From Octopus sinensis (lineage: Eukaryota): a stretch of DNA of 64,000 bases. The stretch is from assembly GCF_006345805.1 (NCBI RefSeq), contig NC_042998.1:204290001-204354000 (forward strand), read 5' to 3'. The position numbers were made by a program, and so were the translations under genes. The notes under the pieces were generated by a model. It was given only the letters and a program-made list of their open reading frames with translations, had not been told where the DNA came from and did no database searches. Positions 1-11,752 of the stretch are shown here, piece by piece (position 1 is the first letter of the stretch; every line of letters begins with the position of its first letter).

Positions 1-135
1 ATGCCAGTGCTTGACTACATTCTATGATGGTGCATCATCACCATAAACTTCTTTCATCTTATCAAAAGTTTCTTTTGGTGTTTGACCTTCCAAGTATAAG
101 AACCTGGTCACTGATCTGCATTCACCTGCCTCCAT
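1..135 (-). pseudogene. Mariner-type transposase N-terminal (HTH) remnant, runs off window start
   Basis: My translation from the ATG at 135: MEAGECRSVTRFLYLEGQTPKETFDKMKEVYGDDAPS*NVVKHWH. This matches the mariner N-terminal pattern (R.VI.FL...G.TP.E....M..VYGD.APS...V..W) and has one in-frame stop. Confidence 0.8.
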
Positions 136-311
136 TATAACACCTTAGTCCACTTCAGCAGCCGTAAAAAACAAACGAATACTGGTGGAAAGCTGCAATT
201 TACAATGTGACATGTAGAGACATGTATGGTTATACCTGTACAAGTTCCGTTTCCTGCAATTACAAGAAGTGGGTCAGGGGGAAATCTTTAATGAACAAAA
301 CAGACAATATT

Positions 312-475
312 AGAAGCTGGCAGAATCTTTAATGCTTACTGGGCAAAATGCTTCACAGTATTTCGTGTGTTTACGTTCCGAGTTCAGATTCCATCGAGGT
401 TGACTTTGCCTTTCATCCTTGTGGGGGTCTATAAAATAAGTACCAGTTGAACACTAGAGAAGGTCTAATCAACTT
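312..475 (+). mobile_element. tRNA-derived SINE, family A (interrupted; 3' part resumes at 708-755)
   Basis: Contains gctggcagaatc...gagttcagattcc...gactttgcctttcatcctt...aaaataagtaccagt, shared with about 10 other copies in the window. Confidence 0.75.
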
Positions 476-707
476 TATTTACATTATTTAAAATTGATCG
501 ACATTTGTCCTCATCTTGTTTATTGTTAACACGTTTCACCTGATATACCTTCCAACCTTCATCAGGTGTCTTGGGAGAAATTTCAAACCTGGGTTCTCAT
601 TCCTAAAGTATTTTTCAATATTATTATTATTATTATTTTGAGGTCACTGCCTGGAATTGAACTCGGAATCTTGGGGTTAGTAGCCCGCACTCTTAACCAC
701 TACGCCC
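476..707 (-). mobile_element. tRNA-headed element with Penelope-type hammerhead core
   Basis: Minus strand reads GGGCGTAGTGGTTAAG (A box) ...GAGTTCAATTCC (B box, 664-653), then (AAT)n, then GACAC-CTGATGA-A-GGTTG..CAGGT-GAAAC-GTGTT (570-528). It sits inside a family A SINE. Confidence 0.6.
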
Positions 708-759
708 TGAAATTGCTGGCCTTGTGCCAAAATTTGAAACCAATATTAGGGAGTGGGGA

Positions 760-1190
760 GTAGAGAGGACGGGTAATATGGAAGGGATTGGTGAGAAAGG
801 AAAGGATGATGTGGGGTAGACTGTGTTGAGGGTTTCAAGGTTAAGCCCCACCGCCATCGTATTGTAAAGGCAAGTAGGAATGGAAGATGAGAGGAAAAGG
901 GAGAGGATCTTGAAAGGATCGCTAAAGGAAGGAAGAGCTGTGGAGGTTGTGGATGAGAAAGAAGAGGATGTTGAGGTGGAGGAGGGGAGAGAGAGGAACA
1001 GCAAGAGCAAGGAAAGAGGTGATGGAGAATAGCATAGGGCCAGGGAGGGGGGGCAGAGTGAATAGGGGTTGGGGTGGGGCAGTGAGAGAAAGAAAAGATG
1101 GGAGAGAAGAATGGATGAATGCCGAGAGAACAATGAGATAAGAAATGGATAAATGTGAGCGGAGGAGGGGGAGCAAAAATAGAAAAAAGC
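760..1190. repeat. Polypurine (GA-rich) low-complexity tract
   Basis: The + strand is nearly all A/G; the overlapping ORFs are compositional artefacts. Confidence 0.85.
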
Positions 1191-1255
1191 TTCCCAGATT
1201 GGGACATTGAAGAGAGTGAGGACAATGAAAGAGTGTTTTTAATCACAATATGCCC

Positions 1256-1484
1256 TTAACTGGATTAGCATTTAAGCAGGCCATATCAGGCCCAAATATT
1301 CTCCATGTTTTATGCTCAAACTAACCATACCTGACCTCTGACACCTGCTTTAAAATGTCATTTTAAAAATAAATAATCACATCGTAGAAATCTTGAAGCT
1401 ATCAGATAATGCATGATTAATTGAAAACAATTTGAATAAATAAGCATTGCATTTAACAGAGTAATCTGAATGCTAAAGGGTCAA
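1256..1484. mobile_element. Degenerate TTAA-type (piggyBac-like) MITE
   Basis: Left end TTAAC..ttagcatt and right end aatgctaaagggtcaa resemble the TTAACCCTTT/AAAGGGTTAA termini at 47300/47960. Confidence 0.5.
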
Positions 1485-1921
1485 GAGATGTTATCTCCAG
1501 AAAACAACTGCAGTATATTTGCCTTTCATGATGTATTTATATTGAGTAGGATAACACAGATGGCTCTTTGGATCAAATACTGCTTCTGTTACAAATAATA
1601 GATTTTATTCAACCAGATGACTATCCACAACACCAGTGATTGTTTAATCCATTTCCCTATTTCAGTGGCAACAGATTTCATCCGAGCATGTGGTTGACCT
1701 GTGAGTACACACTACTGACAAAGCTCAATCATGCAGAAATGCAATTAGCATCTTCACTAGCAACTGCAGCTGCCACTGCTGGGGCAATTTTCATCGGCCT
1801 CTGATAGATATTGTTTTTAAACACAGCACATCAATAAGAGATATTATCTCTGGATCAATACTGCAGCAAATTTGCCTTTCACCATGTATTTAGATTCAGT
1901 TTCACTACATAGATGGCTCTT
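1485..1921. repeat. Diverged direct repeat of about 85 bp (1485-1570 and 1838-1921)
   Basis: gagatgttatctcc..ctgcagtatatttgcctttcatgatgtattt..agatggctcttt versus gagatattatctct..ctgcagcaaatttgcctttcaccatgtattt..agatggctcttt. Confidence 0.7.
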
Positions 1922-3507
1922 TATATATGTGTGTGTGTTTGTGCACATGTAAAATGATGAGGGTTTCGAATTATTGGGGAGCTATGTAGTAATTCTAAAT
2001 GCATTTGTGCCACATGACTTTGAAAAGTGGTTGGCGTGAGGATAGGCTTCTGGGCCATAGAAACCATGCCAAAGTAGACACTGGAGCTCAATGCACTCCT
2101 TGGAACCACCAATTCCTGTTCAACCATCCAACCCATGTCATAGCAGTAGTTCCATCTGGATGGGTGACAATTGAATTGATGGCTGTCAGATCTGCAGCTG
2201 GGGGCTGACAACCCCTCTTCCCAATCTCCTCTCTCTCTCTCTCTCTCTCCCTCTCTCTCTCTCTCCCTCTCTCTCTCTCTCTCCCTCCCGCCCTCCCTCC
2301 TTCACACACACACTATTTAATGAGTTAATGACCCAAAGTTCAAATCTTCTTGCCCAACCCCTTACACAAGTGGTGCTGACATTTTCTGGGATAAATGATA
2401 GGAAACTAGGTCAGCCCTTCATGTTGTTAAATGTTAGTTGCCAGGATCTTTTTTTTCACTCATGACCTCTGTGTCAATTAAACAAAGTTTTTGGTTTCCT
2501 TTCACTATTCTATATCCAACTCCTTAATTTGCATAAATTTCATGTCACAACACAGATTCCATTCCCCCCCCCCATTCAGTTGTCAGTTGTTTCAGTTTAC
2601 ATTTTTGCTTACTTTCTAGTTTTTTTTGTTTTGTTTTGTTTTTTGACTTGGTGATCCCTTATGTTCTCTGGCATGGTGAGCTTCATACCATTAATGTTCT
2701 ACTTAAATTGTCACAAATCAACACCTGCAGGAAGGAGAGACAAAAGTGGAGAGGAGTTTCCAGTGGGATGCAGTTCTGGTGATGAAGGATTAGCATAGTG
2801 TGGTTAGTGCAGGAAAAACAAGTCTGGAAAACTCACCAGAAACATTTTTGTCCTGAGAAAATTTGCCATAGGAAATTTCACTGTGAAGGAGGCACACCTG
2901 CACTCTGTAAACTAGATAACTCATTTTAAAGAAATTACCTGTCTCTAATTGGTGGGTTAATTGATGAAGTTGCCATTTTAAGAAAAGTGCTATCTTCTTT
3001 TCATTTTTTTATTTGGTTAAATTCTCCAACAGAATAAATGTTTTATGGCAAAATTTCTTCATAAACGATTAAACGATAATTGTTAATCAAAAGATTTTTG
3101 CTCTAATTATCATCGTAATCAGTGTATCCAAGATGTTCTTGCAGAACATCTGATTACTGTTGTGTTTCTTTGTTGGAGAACATCTCCTCCCTTTAGACAA
3201 TGTGTACTTATAACACAGGTAGTACGTTGATGTAACGGGGTTTTGAGATATGTGGTATTTCAACTTTATTGTATGCCTCCTCAGTCAAATCTATGCCTGG
3301 ATCAAAGAATCTAACAAGAGTACAGGCCCTTGTTTATAGAAAGCAGCCAACAAATTATTTACTGATGTCTGCTGGTGTCAATAAACAAGATCCAGCATTC
3401 TTGCTAGAATCCTGTGTGTCATGGACACACTTAAAGGCAGGACGAATTCTCCACTGAGGCAATACAACTGTGACCCCCATATTCACACTCAAATCAACTC
3501 AAACATA

Positions 3508-3901
3508 TTAAGCAGTATCGCCCGGCATTGCTCGGGTTTGTTTTGACCCTTTAAAATTGGAATTTTTGAAAAGTAAAAATTTTGCATTATGTAGCTTGTT
3601 ATTCTCTTTGAGTGAACATTTTTCTGGTTGAAATAAACTGGAAAATGGCGACACAGCTGTAAAAAAATCGTTAAAAATAGGGATTTTCATAGAAAAATAA
3701 GCACCTTTTTGATGTAAATAATTTTTGGTGTTAACATGGTCCGATTTGAAATTTTTCTTCTACGGAAGGAAGAGCAAGGATTCTTCTATCATACTCTCAA
3801 TTTTGGTCAACTTGTGCTGCAGGGTCTTGGAGGAGATAGTGTTAGTTGAAGGCTACCAAACCTGCCATACACAGACAACTTCAGCTTTATAGAGAGAGAG
3901 A
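3508..3901 (-). mobile_element. Non-autonomous Helitron, family H1
   Basis: On the minus strand: 5' TC start, subterminal GC hairpin aaacccgagcaatgccgggcg, 3' CTAG decayed. Near-identical to three other copies. Confidence 0.8.
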
Positions 3902-3979
3902 TAAATGGAAGCATTATTGTCTGGATTCTCATCATTCTGTGTGCAGTTCGTGAGTTATTGTCAGTATTATTTTAATTAA

Positions 3980-4190
3980 AGGTAATGAGCTAGCAGAATT
4001 GTAAGTACACCAGGTAAATTGTTTATTGGCATTTTGTCCATCTTTGTGTTATATGTTCAAATTCCACCACTTTGCTGTCCATCTTTTCAAGGTCATTAAA
4101 ATAAGTACTAGTTGTGCACTGGGGCTCGATGTAACCAACTAACACCCGCACTTGAAATTGCTGGCCTTGTGTCAAAATTTTAAACCATTG
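3980..4190 (+). mobile_element. SINE family A
   Basis: aaggtaatgagctagcagaat...gttcaaattcc...aaaataagtactagt...gaaattgctggccttgtg. Confidence 0.7.
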
Positions 4191-4196
4191 TTGTTG

Positions 4197-4321
4197 GCGT
4201 TAGTAAGAGCATCCAGCTGTAGAAACACTGCCAGATCAGACTGGAGCTTGGTGCAGCCTCCTGGCTTCCCAGACCCCAGTTGAACCATCCAACCCATGCT
4301 AGCATGGAAAACGGACGTTAA

Positions 4322-4350
<29 letters not shown>
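4197..4350 (+). mobile_element. RTE LINE 3' tail copy
   Basis: catccagctgtagaaac...ccaacccatgctagcatggaaaacggacgttaaat(gat)n, the same tail as the LINE at 22860-23031. Confidence 0.9.
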
Positions 4351-4352
<2 letters not shown>

Positions 4353-4469
4353 CACTCCAAGAATCGTGCACTGCTCCTGAAAATGCATTCCAAAATAAGG
4401 GGCAAGGTAACACCGGCAGGGATGTATTATGATTGAAAGGGGTCATGTCTGATGAAATTCTAAGCCTTC

Positions 4470-4790
4470 ATCATTTAATGTCCACTTTCCCATGCTTGCA
4501 TGAGTCACACAGAATCTCTTGAGGCAGGTTTTCTATGGTTAGATGCCTTTCCTGGTACCAACCTTCACCCGTTTCCAAGTAAGGGGATAATTTCCCCATG
4601 ACCAGACATGTTTACACAGAACATTGGAAATGAAGAGCACCACATTGTGTGACAATCACACTCTCTTACAACTATCACACAACTTCAAGGCAAAGAGACA
4701 CTAACACACACACACATATATACACATATTTGATGGGCTTCCCTCAGTTTCCCCTCTACTAAATTCACTCAAGGCTTCGGTCAGCCATGC
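4470..4790 (-). mobile_element. SINE family E (RTE-tailed), degenerate
   Basis: Reverse complement resembles 18826-19212 (aaacatgtctggtcatgg...gcaagcatgggaaagtggacattaaatgatg). Confidence 0.6.
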
Positions 4791-4880
4791 AATGTAAGTA
4801 AAACAATGAGTTTGTCTTTCAAAAGGTTTGGTCTTTTATGGACAGTTCTCGTATGAGCACCATCGTCACCATCATTATCA

Positions 4881-5300
4881 GTCGAACCAATTCTACTCTA
4901 TGGCTCAGAAACCTGGATGTTATCAAAGAAGCTTGAGATGCGGTTGGATGGAACTTACACTCGCCTCTTTATGAGAGCTCAAAATCTCTCGTGCAAGCGT
5001 CATCCAACCAAAGTACAAATATATGGGAAATTACCACCTGTATCATCTCTTGTGAAAGGTAGAAAGAAGAGTCCAGTTTGCTGGACATTGTTGTAGAGCT
5101 GAAAACAAAATATTTTCTACTCTTCTCTTCTGGAAGCCATCTGCTCGCGATACCAGAGGGCGCACACTCTGCTACCCTGATGTAATCTCCAGGGATACAG
5201 GCATCCAGCAACAGGACCTCCGTAATGCTATGATGGACCGTGAAGTCTGGCATAACATAGTAAATTCCATTGTCTCGACCACAGTCGAACAATGAATGAA
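4881..5300 (+). mobile_element. 3' fragment of a second RTE-like LINE family (RT C-terminus)
   Basis: Translates VEPILLYGSETWMLSKKLEMRLDGTYTRL...VQFAGHCCRAE...LFWKP...DLRNAMMDREVW across one frameshift; ends in a (tgaa)n tail. Confidence 0.85.
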
Positions 5301-5319
5301 TGATCATTATCAGATATCT

Positions 5320-5535
5320 GTTTTCCATGCTGGACATATGTTGGATGGTATAACAAGAGGTGGCCAGCTGGAGGGCTGCGCTAGGCTTCAGTTGTTTGTT
5401 TTGACATGGTTACTTGATGCCCTTTCTAATGCCAACCACTTAATGGAGTGTACTGGGGGATTTTTATGTGGCACCAGCATGGGCGCTATTTAAAAGGTGC
5501 CAGCACAGGTGCTTTTTATGTGGCACCAGCACAGC
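5320..5535 (-). mobile_element. RTE LINE 3' tail copy, degenerate
   Basis: tgttttccatgctgg...gatgcccttt ctaatgccaaccact...gtggcacc modules. Confidence 0.75.
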
Positions 5536-5867
5536 TATGTGTGTGTGTAAAACGATACCAAGAAAGTTTTTCTGCATTAGCCACTGCCACCCCACACACA
5601 CTTCTTCCCCGCTCCCAAACGCCTACACAAAGTGCTGATACTTTCTTTAATTTGTCAGATTTAGTAGCGGCTGCCAGTTTATTCCGATTCTTCTGTTTAC
5701 ATTAATAAGATCACAGCTTCTGCTGCAGTGGAATTGTTTTCCTAAAGCAAATATTCAGGTGAATGCAGAATTAAAAGTGTAATGGTTGCTTAAGAGGTTA
5801 CAAAATTCTGCATGTGGAGGGGAGGGGAAGGAGTTGTTAGCATGTGTGTGTGTGTGTGTGAGGGAGC

Positions 5868-5901
<34 letters not shown>

Positions 5902-5938
5902 GAGCCTCTGTGTGTGTGTGTGTGAGCCTGTGTGCATA

Positions 5939-6141
5939 TACTCTTTTACTTGTTTCAGTCATTTGACTGCGGCCATGCTGGAGCACCGCCTTTAGTCAAG
6001 CAAATCGACCCCAGGACTTATTCTTTGTAAGCCTAGTACTTATTCTATCGGTCTCTTTTGCCGAACCGCTAGGTTACGGGGATGTAAACACACCAGTATC
6101 GGTTGTCAAGCGATGTTGGGGGGACAAACAGACAAACAGAC

Positions 6142-6172
<31 letters not shown>

Positions 6173-6333
6173 CGACTGGCTTCTTTCAGTTTCCGTCTAC
6201 CAAATCCACTCACAAGGCTTTGGTCGGCCCGAGGCTATAGTAGAAGACACTTGCCTAAGGTGCCACGCAGTGGGACTGAACCCGGAACCATGTGGCTGGT
6301 AAGCAAGCTACCTACCACACAGCCACTCCTGCG
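5939..6333 (-). mobile_element. SINE family B (about 400 bp, tRNA-like head, internal TA/TG microsatellite), full length
   Basis: Head ggagtggctgtgtggtag...ggttccgggttcagtccc; CORE-like gcaccttaggcaagtgtctt; tail gactgaaacaagtaaaagagta. Confidence 0.85.
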
Positions 6334-6431
6334 CCTGTTTGTGTATATTGAGAATTCTTACTGAGGACCGTAATTAGATTTACAGAAGGGCAATCAGAGA
6401 TAGCAATTATTATCTTTCATGTATCTATGTA

Positions 6432-6720
6432 GCTATATGGCCCGGTGGTTAGTGTGCAGCACTCACAGTTGCCAGATTGTAGGTTTGACTGCCAGACCAG
6501 ATGACATATTGTGTTCTTGAGCAAAACACTTCATCTCACCCTGCCCCAGTCCACTCAGCTTCAAATGGGTCACCCTGGGGCAGACTAGCCTTCTGATGGG
6601 GGACAATGTCGGTCTGCTCACCTAACCTGCAGGCTGGCATCATTCAAGAGCTAAAATAATGCAAAGTGAAGCACATTGTGACCAGTTGGTGCAAAGAGCA
6701 CCATACGAGCGTGATCATTG
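6432..6720 (+). mobile_element. SINE family C variant
   Basis: tRNA-like head tggcccggtggttag...ggtttgactgcc and gtgttcttgagcaaaacact core. Confidence 0.6.
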
Positions 6721-7170
6721 ACAGAGCGGCTAACCGGCTTCCGTGCCAGTGGCACTTAAAAGGCACCGTTCGAGCATGATCGTTACCAGCATCGGTTGCC
6801 TTACTGGCACTCGAGCCCCGTGCTAGTAGGGTATTAAGAGCACCATCCGAGCGTGATCGTTGCCAGAGCGGCTATCTAGCCTCCGCGCAGGTGGCATGTA
6901 AAAGACACCATTCGAGCGTGATCCTTACCAGCATTGCCTTACTGGCATCTGTAAAAGATTCGAACAGGTCGTTGCCAGTACCGCCTGACTGGCACGTAAA
7001 AAGCACCCACTACACTCTTGGAGTGGTTGGCGTTAGGAAGGGCATCCAGCTGTAGAAACTCTGCCAAATCAAGATTGGAGCCTGGTGCAGCCATCTGGTT
7101 CGCCAGCCCTCAGTCATTCGTCCAACCCATGACAGCATTGAAAGCGGACGTTAAACGATGATGATGATGA
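6721..7170 (+). mobile_element. RTE LINE 3' tail copy with several tandem modules
   Basis: Repeated gcaccat(t/c)cgagcgtgatc..tggcac..aaaa units followed by the conserved tail and (gat)n. Confidence 0.85.
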
Positions 7171-7251
7171 ATAGTTGGGTCAATACCAAGATATAGATAC
7201 ATAGCAGATAGACTGATCTGCTCCAGCCTCTGCATCACAACCATGCTGTGT

Positions 7252-7316
<65 letters not shown>

Positions 7317-7482
7317 TCTATTACAATAGTTCCATCTTTTCAAATCTTGAGGCTCTTGTGCCACTTCTGCTCAGGTGCCCCTGGCTCAGTCATCTCTCCT
7401 CTTCCCATCACTCAGGTTGTATCCAACTCCACCCGGTGCCACATCTGCCCTTACCCTCACCACTATTCCCAGTCCTTCCTCT

Positions 7483-7705
7483 CATCATCATCATCATCGT
7501 TTAACATCCGCTTTCCATGCTAGCATGGGTTGGACGATTTGACTGAGGACTGGCGAACCAGGTGGCTGCACCAGGATCCAATCTGATCTGGCAGAGTTTC
7601 TACAGCTGGATGCCCTCCCTAACACCAACGACTCCGAGAGTGTAGTGGGTGCTTTTACGTGCCACCGGCACGGGGCCAGTCAGGCGGTACCGGCAATGAC
7701 CTCAC
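7483..7705 (-). mobile_element. RTE LINE 3' tail copy
   Basis: (cat)n cgtttaacatccgctttccatgctagcatgggttgg. Confidence 0.9.
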
Positions 7706-8504
7706 TCAAGTTCTTTGGAAACCCCCTCCATTGCTCACATCTTTCTTGCAATTGTCAGTTTGCAACAAGTCCAAATGACTGTTCACTGACGTCACCCTCA
7801 TCAGAAAGCCTGTAAAAACTACGATGCCTGCCTTTTTTTTTTTTTCTGTACCTTGCTAATAACAGACGTAAGCAGTTTGAATATAATGTCTTTGGTGTAA
7901 AAGAATAACAGAAGGAAAAACCAAGAGAACTCAATACTTAAGGTAGAGTGTCAAAATATATTTATCAAAGCTAATACCTGAGATTTATTGCCTCTCATGT
8001 ACTGAAGTAGTTACACATGGACGTTTCTGTTTTTCAAGAACTTTATAAAATTTTGTACTGTTTTTGTCTCTTTTTATTTAGTTATTTCTCTGTTGGTCAT
8101 AGCCATATATTCAACACTGAATAAACATGACAGCCATTAAATCTAGAAGAAGATAGTTGAATATCAGATACCCTGGCTGGCTGGCTGGCAGCAGGCTGGC
8201 TGGCAGGCTGGCTGGCAGGCTGGCTGGCAGGCTGGCAAGGAACAAACGACTTCAAGTACATGTGCAGTCGTTATATTTGCAAAGTTAGATTGGCACCAAT
8301 CTCCAGTGAGCAAGTGCTTGAAGTGCTGTAGAAATGATGGCAAATGAAAATGATACGATCAGTACTTGAGGTAGGGTCAGACATCCAGTGGCAAATTAAG
8401 AGCAAGAAATTCCGACTGTCTACTGCTACCCGGGTACCTCTTTACATATGGAAACAGCATTGACTGATAGCTTCGAGTTTTGTTTTTTGTTTGTGTGTGT
8501 GTAT

Positions 8505-8785
8505 GGATTCGAGCGAGGTCGTCACCAGTGCCGCTGGACTGGCTCCTGTGCAGGTGGCACATAAAAAGCACCATTTGGGCGTGGCCGTTGCTAGTTCCAC
8601 CAAACTAGCCCTCGTGCCGGTGACATGTAAAAAGCACCCACTACACTCTCAGAGTGGTTGGCATTAGGAAGGGCATCCAGCTGTAGAAACTCTGCCAGAT
8701 CAAGATTGGAGTTTGGTTTGCCAGACCTCAGTCAAATCGTCCAACCCATGCTAGCATGGAAAGCGGACGTTAAATGATGATGATG
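8505..8785 (+). mobile_element. RTE LINE 3' tail copy
   Basis: Modules followed by the conserved tail and (gat)n. Confidence 0.9.
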
Positions 8786-9017
8786 TGTGTGCACGCAGGT
8801 CTTTAAGGACAACCAGTGCCAGTCAATGCAGTTACTGTCTGCAACCAAATGCACATTTGGAATGTGTTGTTTGGGAAGATGCTGGAAACAAAGAATCGGC
8901 CGAACGACTTCTTCTTTCTTAACCGTTTCATTGCCATCTTTTTGTCGAAAAACACTTCTTTTGTTTCTCTTAATTTTAAAAATAATGAAGAATTTAGAGA
9001 AAAATCATTTACTGCTT

Positions 9018-9210
9018 GTTTTCCCTACTAGCATGGGTCGGATGGTTTCACTGGAGCTGCTGAGGCCAGAGGACTGCACCAGCTTCCATTGTCCGGTTTG
9101 GCATGGTCTCTGCCGCTCAATGCCCTTCCTAATGCCAACCACTTTATTGAGTGCATTTGGTGCTTTTCAATGGCACCATTACCCGTGCCTCTTATGTGGC
9201 ACCAGCACCA
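9018..9210 (-). mobile_element. RTE LINE 3' tail copy
   Basis: ctagcatgggtcggatgg...gcccttcctaatgccaaccac. Confidence 0.8.
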
Positions 9211-9676
9211 CGTCGTAGTATTAATGTAACAGAGAGAAAGAGAGGAGAAAGAGCAAAGCATATCTTTAGGGTTAATAGTAATAGTTTGTTGGTAAAGGGG
9301 AGGTTTTCAAATCAGTTGGAAGATCACTTTATGATCTAAAGTTTCTGCATATGTGTGTGTGTGTGTGTGTGTGTGTAACAGCTGTTCTGCTTTAGGTTTG
9401 TGACCAATACTTCTATGTGAGTTTTGTCTTGTTTCTTCAAAAGAGTTCACAGCTGTTCACAGCTTCAGTCGTTTTCTGAATCTGAAAACAGAAATTCTAG
9501 TCCTTCCTGCACAATATCTCAATATGGTGTCGCTAGTCACCATGGAAAGTCTGCACAGAGTTTAGGGTGACTTGTCACAGCATTTATATAGAGATTGTTG
9601 AGGTTTTACAAGTTGCAAGTTGTGGTGCAGGTCACTAGTAAAGAGGGACAGTGTGAGGAAGATTTAATTTCGTTAT

Positions 9677-9717
<41 letters not shown>

Positions 9718-10195
9718 AGTGTATCTTGTATAGGTGTGTTTCTGTCACTTGTATGTATATAGTGACTGTCATCAGACGTGTGTGTGTGTAGTGACTGTAG
9801 TTGAAGAGATTGTCATGTGTTCATTGAAAGCAATTTTCAACTGACTTTGTTTATGGAGGTGTCCTATGTTTGGCACGACCTGTCTTGGCTCTCTGTAAAC
9901 AAATTCCTGTTTGTAGATGGTTAAAGACGTGTGAAAGGTGGAGAATGTTTGTTGTGGCAACTGTCTACCTTTAGAGGTTCATTCTTTGAAGACTGATTGC
10001 AGGAATACCATCAAGATTGTTCACCTTGTTAGCTCCAAACGGTGTGAGAGACATGGCTGTGTGGTTAAAAGTTTGCTTCCCAACCATGTGGTTCCAGGTT
10101 CAATCCCAATGCATGGCATCTTGGGCAAGCATCTTCTACTCTAATCTCAGGCTAACTGAAGCATTGTAACTGGGAGACGGAAACTGAAAGAAGCT

Positions 10196-10470
10196 CATCA
10201 TCATCATCATCATCATTTAACATCCGTTTTCCATGCTAGCATGGGTTGGACGGTTCAACCGGGGTTTGGGAAGCCAGAGGCTGCACCAGACTCCAATCTT
10301 GATCTGGCAGTGTTTCTACAGCTGGATGCCCTTCCTAATGCCAACCACTCCGTGAGTGTAGTGGGTGCTTTTTACGTGCCACCAGCACAGGGGCCAGAGG
10401 AGGCTGGCAAACAGCCACGATCGGTTGGTGCTTTTACGTGTCACCGACATGGACACCAGTCAGGTGGTGC
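10196..10470 (-). mobile_element. RTE LINE 3' tail copy, inserted in a family B SINE (10045-10195 and 10555-10627)
   Basis: (cat)n tail; SINE B head upstream and SINE B tail downstream. Confidence 0.8.
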
Positions 10471-11417
10471 TGTTAATTATAAAAATATAACTGGAATTTT
10501 TTAAGAAATAAAATGGCTCAGAGAGTCTGCTTGAGTAAAAAAAGAATCAAAGGAGTCGATTTGCTCGATTAAAGGCGGTGCTCCAGCATGGCCACAGTCA
10601 AATGACTGAAACAAGTAAAAGAGTAAACTAATTGGGAAGTTAATTAACACTTGTTATTTAATACTTTTATCTCTGTCTCTCCTACTGATCAACATGTCTG
10701 TCTCTTTGTGTTTATATCCATCTATCTGTTTGATTCTCTCTCTACCTATCTGTAAGGTTGTCCATCTACCTAATTACTTGCCTATCTCTGTCTGTTTGTC
10801 TGTGTGTGTGTGTGTGTATGTGTGTGTGTCCTGTTATTCTGGTAAATTACATTAACCTCAGTACTCAGCTGGTACTTATTTTATTGACCCCCATGAAAAG
10901 TAATGCCAACCTCAGCAGCATTTAAACCCAGAACATAAAGACAGACAAAATGTTGCCCAGGTTGCTAACAACTCTGCCAGCTCACTGAATATTCAACATT
11001 GAGAATTGTGTTGAGGGAGTATTTGACTACTATTTTTACTCTTCTGAACAGATATAGAGACGGTACGTCACCAGATTGTGGAGTTTGGTGCTTTACGATT
11101 TGTCTCTTCTCTTGATATTAAAGAATGGGACTGAGGTTTGGTGTTGATGGTTCCTGCCTGGCAGAGGGATTACAATGGAAAGTCTGTGACAGTATTAGAG
11201 ACCTTGACATGAAACAGTGTGTAGTTTGTTCTGGTGTTTTTTGAATTGAAAGGATGTAGAAGCATTTGGATGATGAGGAGTTAATTAATAGGTCAACGCA
11301 AACAAGGATTGAGACTGTGATGACCTCATCACTGGCAAAAAGAAAGCACTTCATGTTGTTGTTAATAAATCCAGGCAAGGTCAGGTACACGTGTCTGTGT
11401 GTCTTTATATATATATT

Positions 11418-11738
11418 GTGAAGGCACGTGGCTTAGTGGCTAGGGCATTCGGCTCACGATTGTAAGGTCATGAATTCGATTCCCTGAGATGTGTTGAGTC
11501 CATGAGCAAGACACTTTATTTCACGTTGCTCCAGTCCACTCAGCTGGCAAAAATGAGTTGTACCTGTATTTCAAAGGGTCGGCCATGTCACACTCTGTGT
11601 CACGCTGAATCTCCCTGAGAACTACGTTAGGGGTACACGTGTCTGTGGATTGCTCAGTCACTTGCATGTTAATTTCACGAGCAGGCTGTTCTGCTGATCG
11701 CATCAGCTGGGACCCTCATTGTCGTAACTGATGGAGTG
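11418..11738 (+). mobile_element. SINE family C, full length
   Basis: gaaggcacgtggcttagtgg (A box)...gaattcgattccc (B box)...gagcaagacactttatttcacgttgctccag...gtcgtaactgatggagtgc. Confidence 0.85.
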
Positions 11739-11752
11739 CTCCTGTATATATA

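Noticed and set aside
640-707. tRNA genes (also the SINE heads at 11418, 52215 and 59527)
   Set aside because: A and B boxes are present but I cannot fold a full cloverleaf with an acceptor stem, and each runs into a SINE body.
4969-5337. 122-aa minus-strand ORF
   Set aside because: It is the antisense shadow of the + strand RTE-like fragment.
9381-9410. 21-nt micro-exon candidate (tttag GTTTGTGACCAATACTTCTAT gtgagt)
   Set aside because: There is no neighbouring exon context, and such matches are expected by chance in AT-rich DNA.
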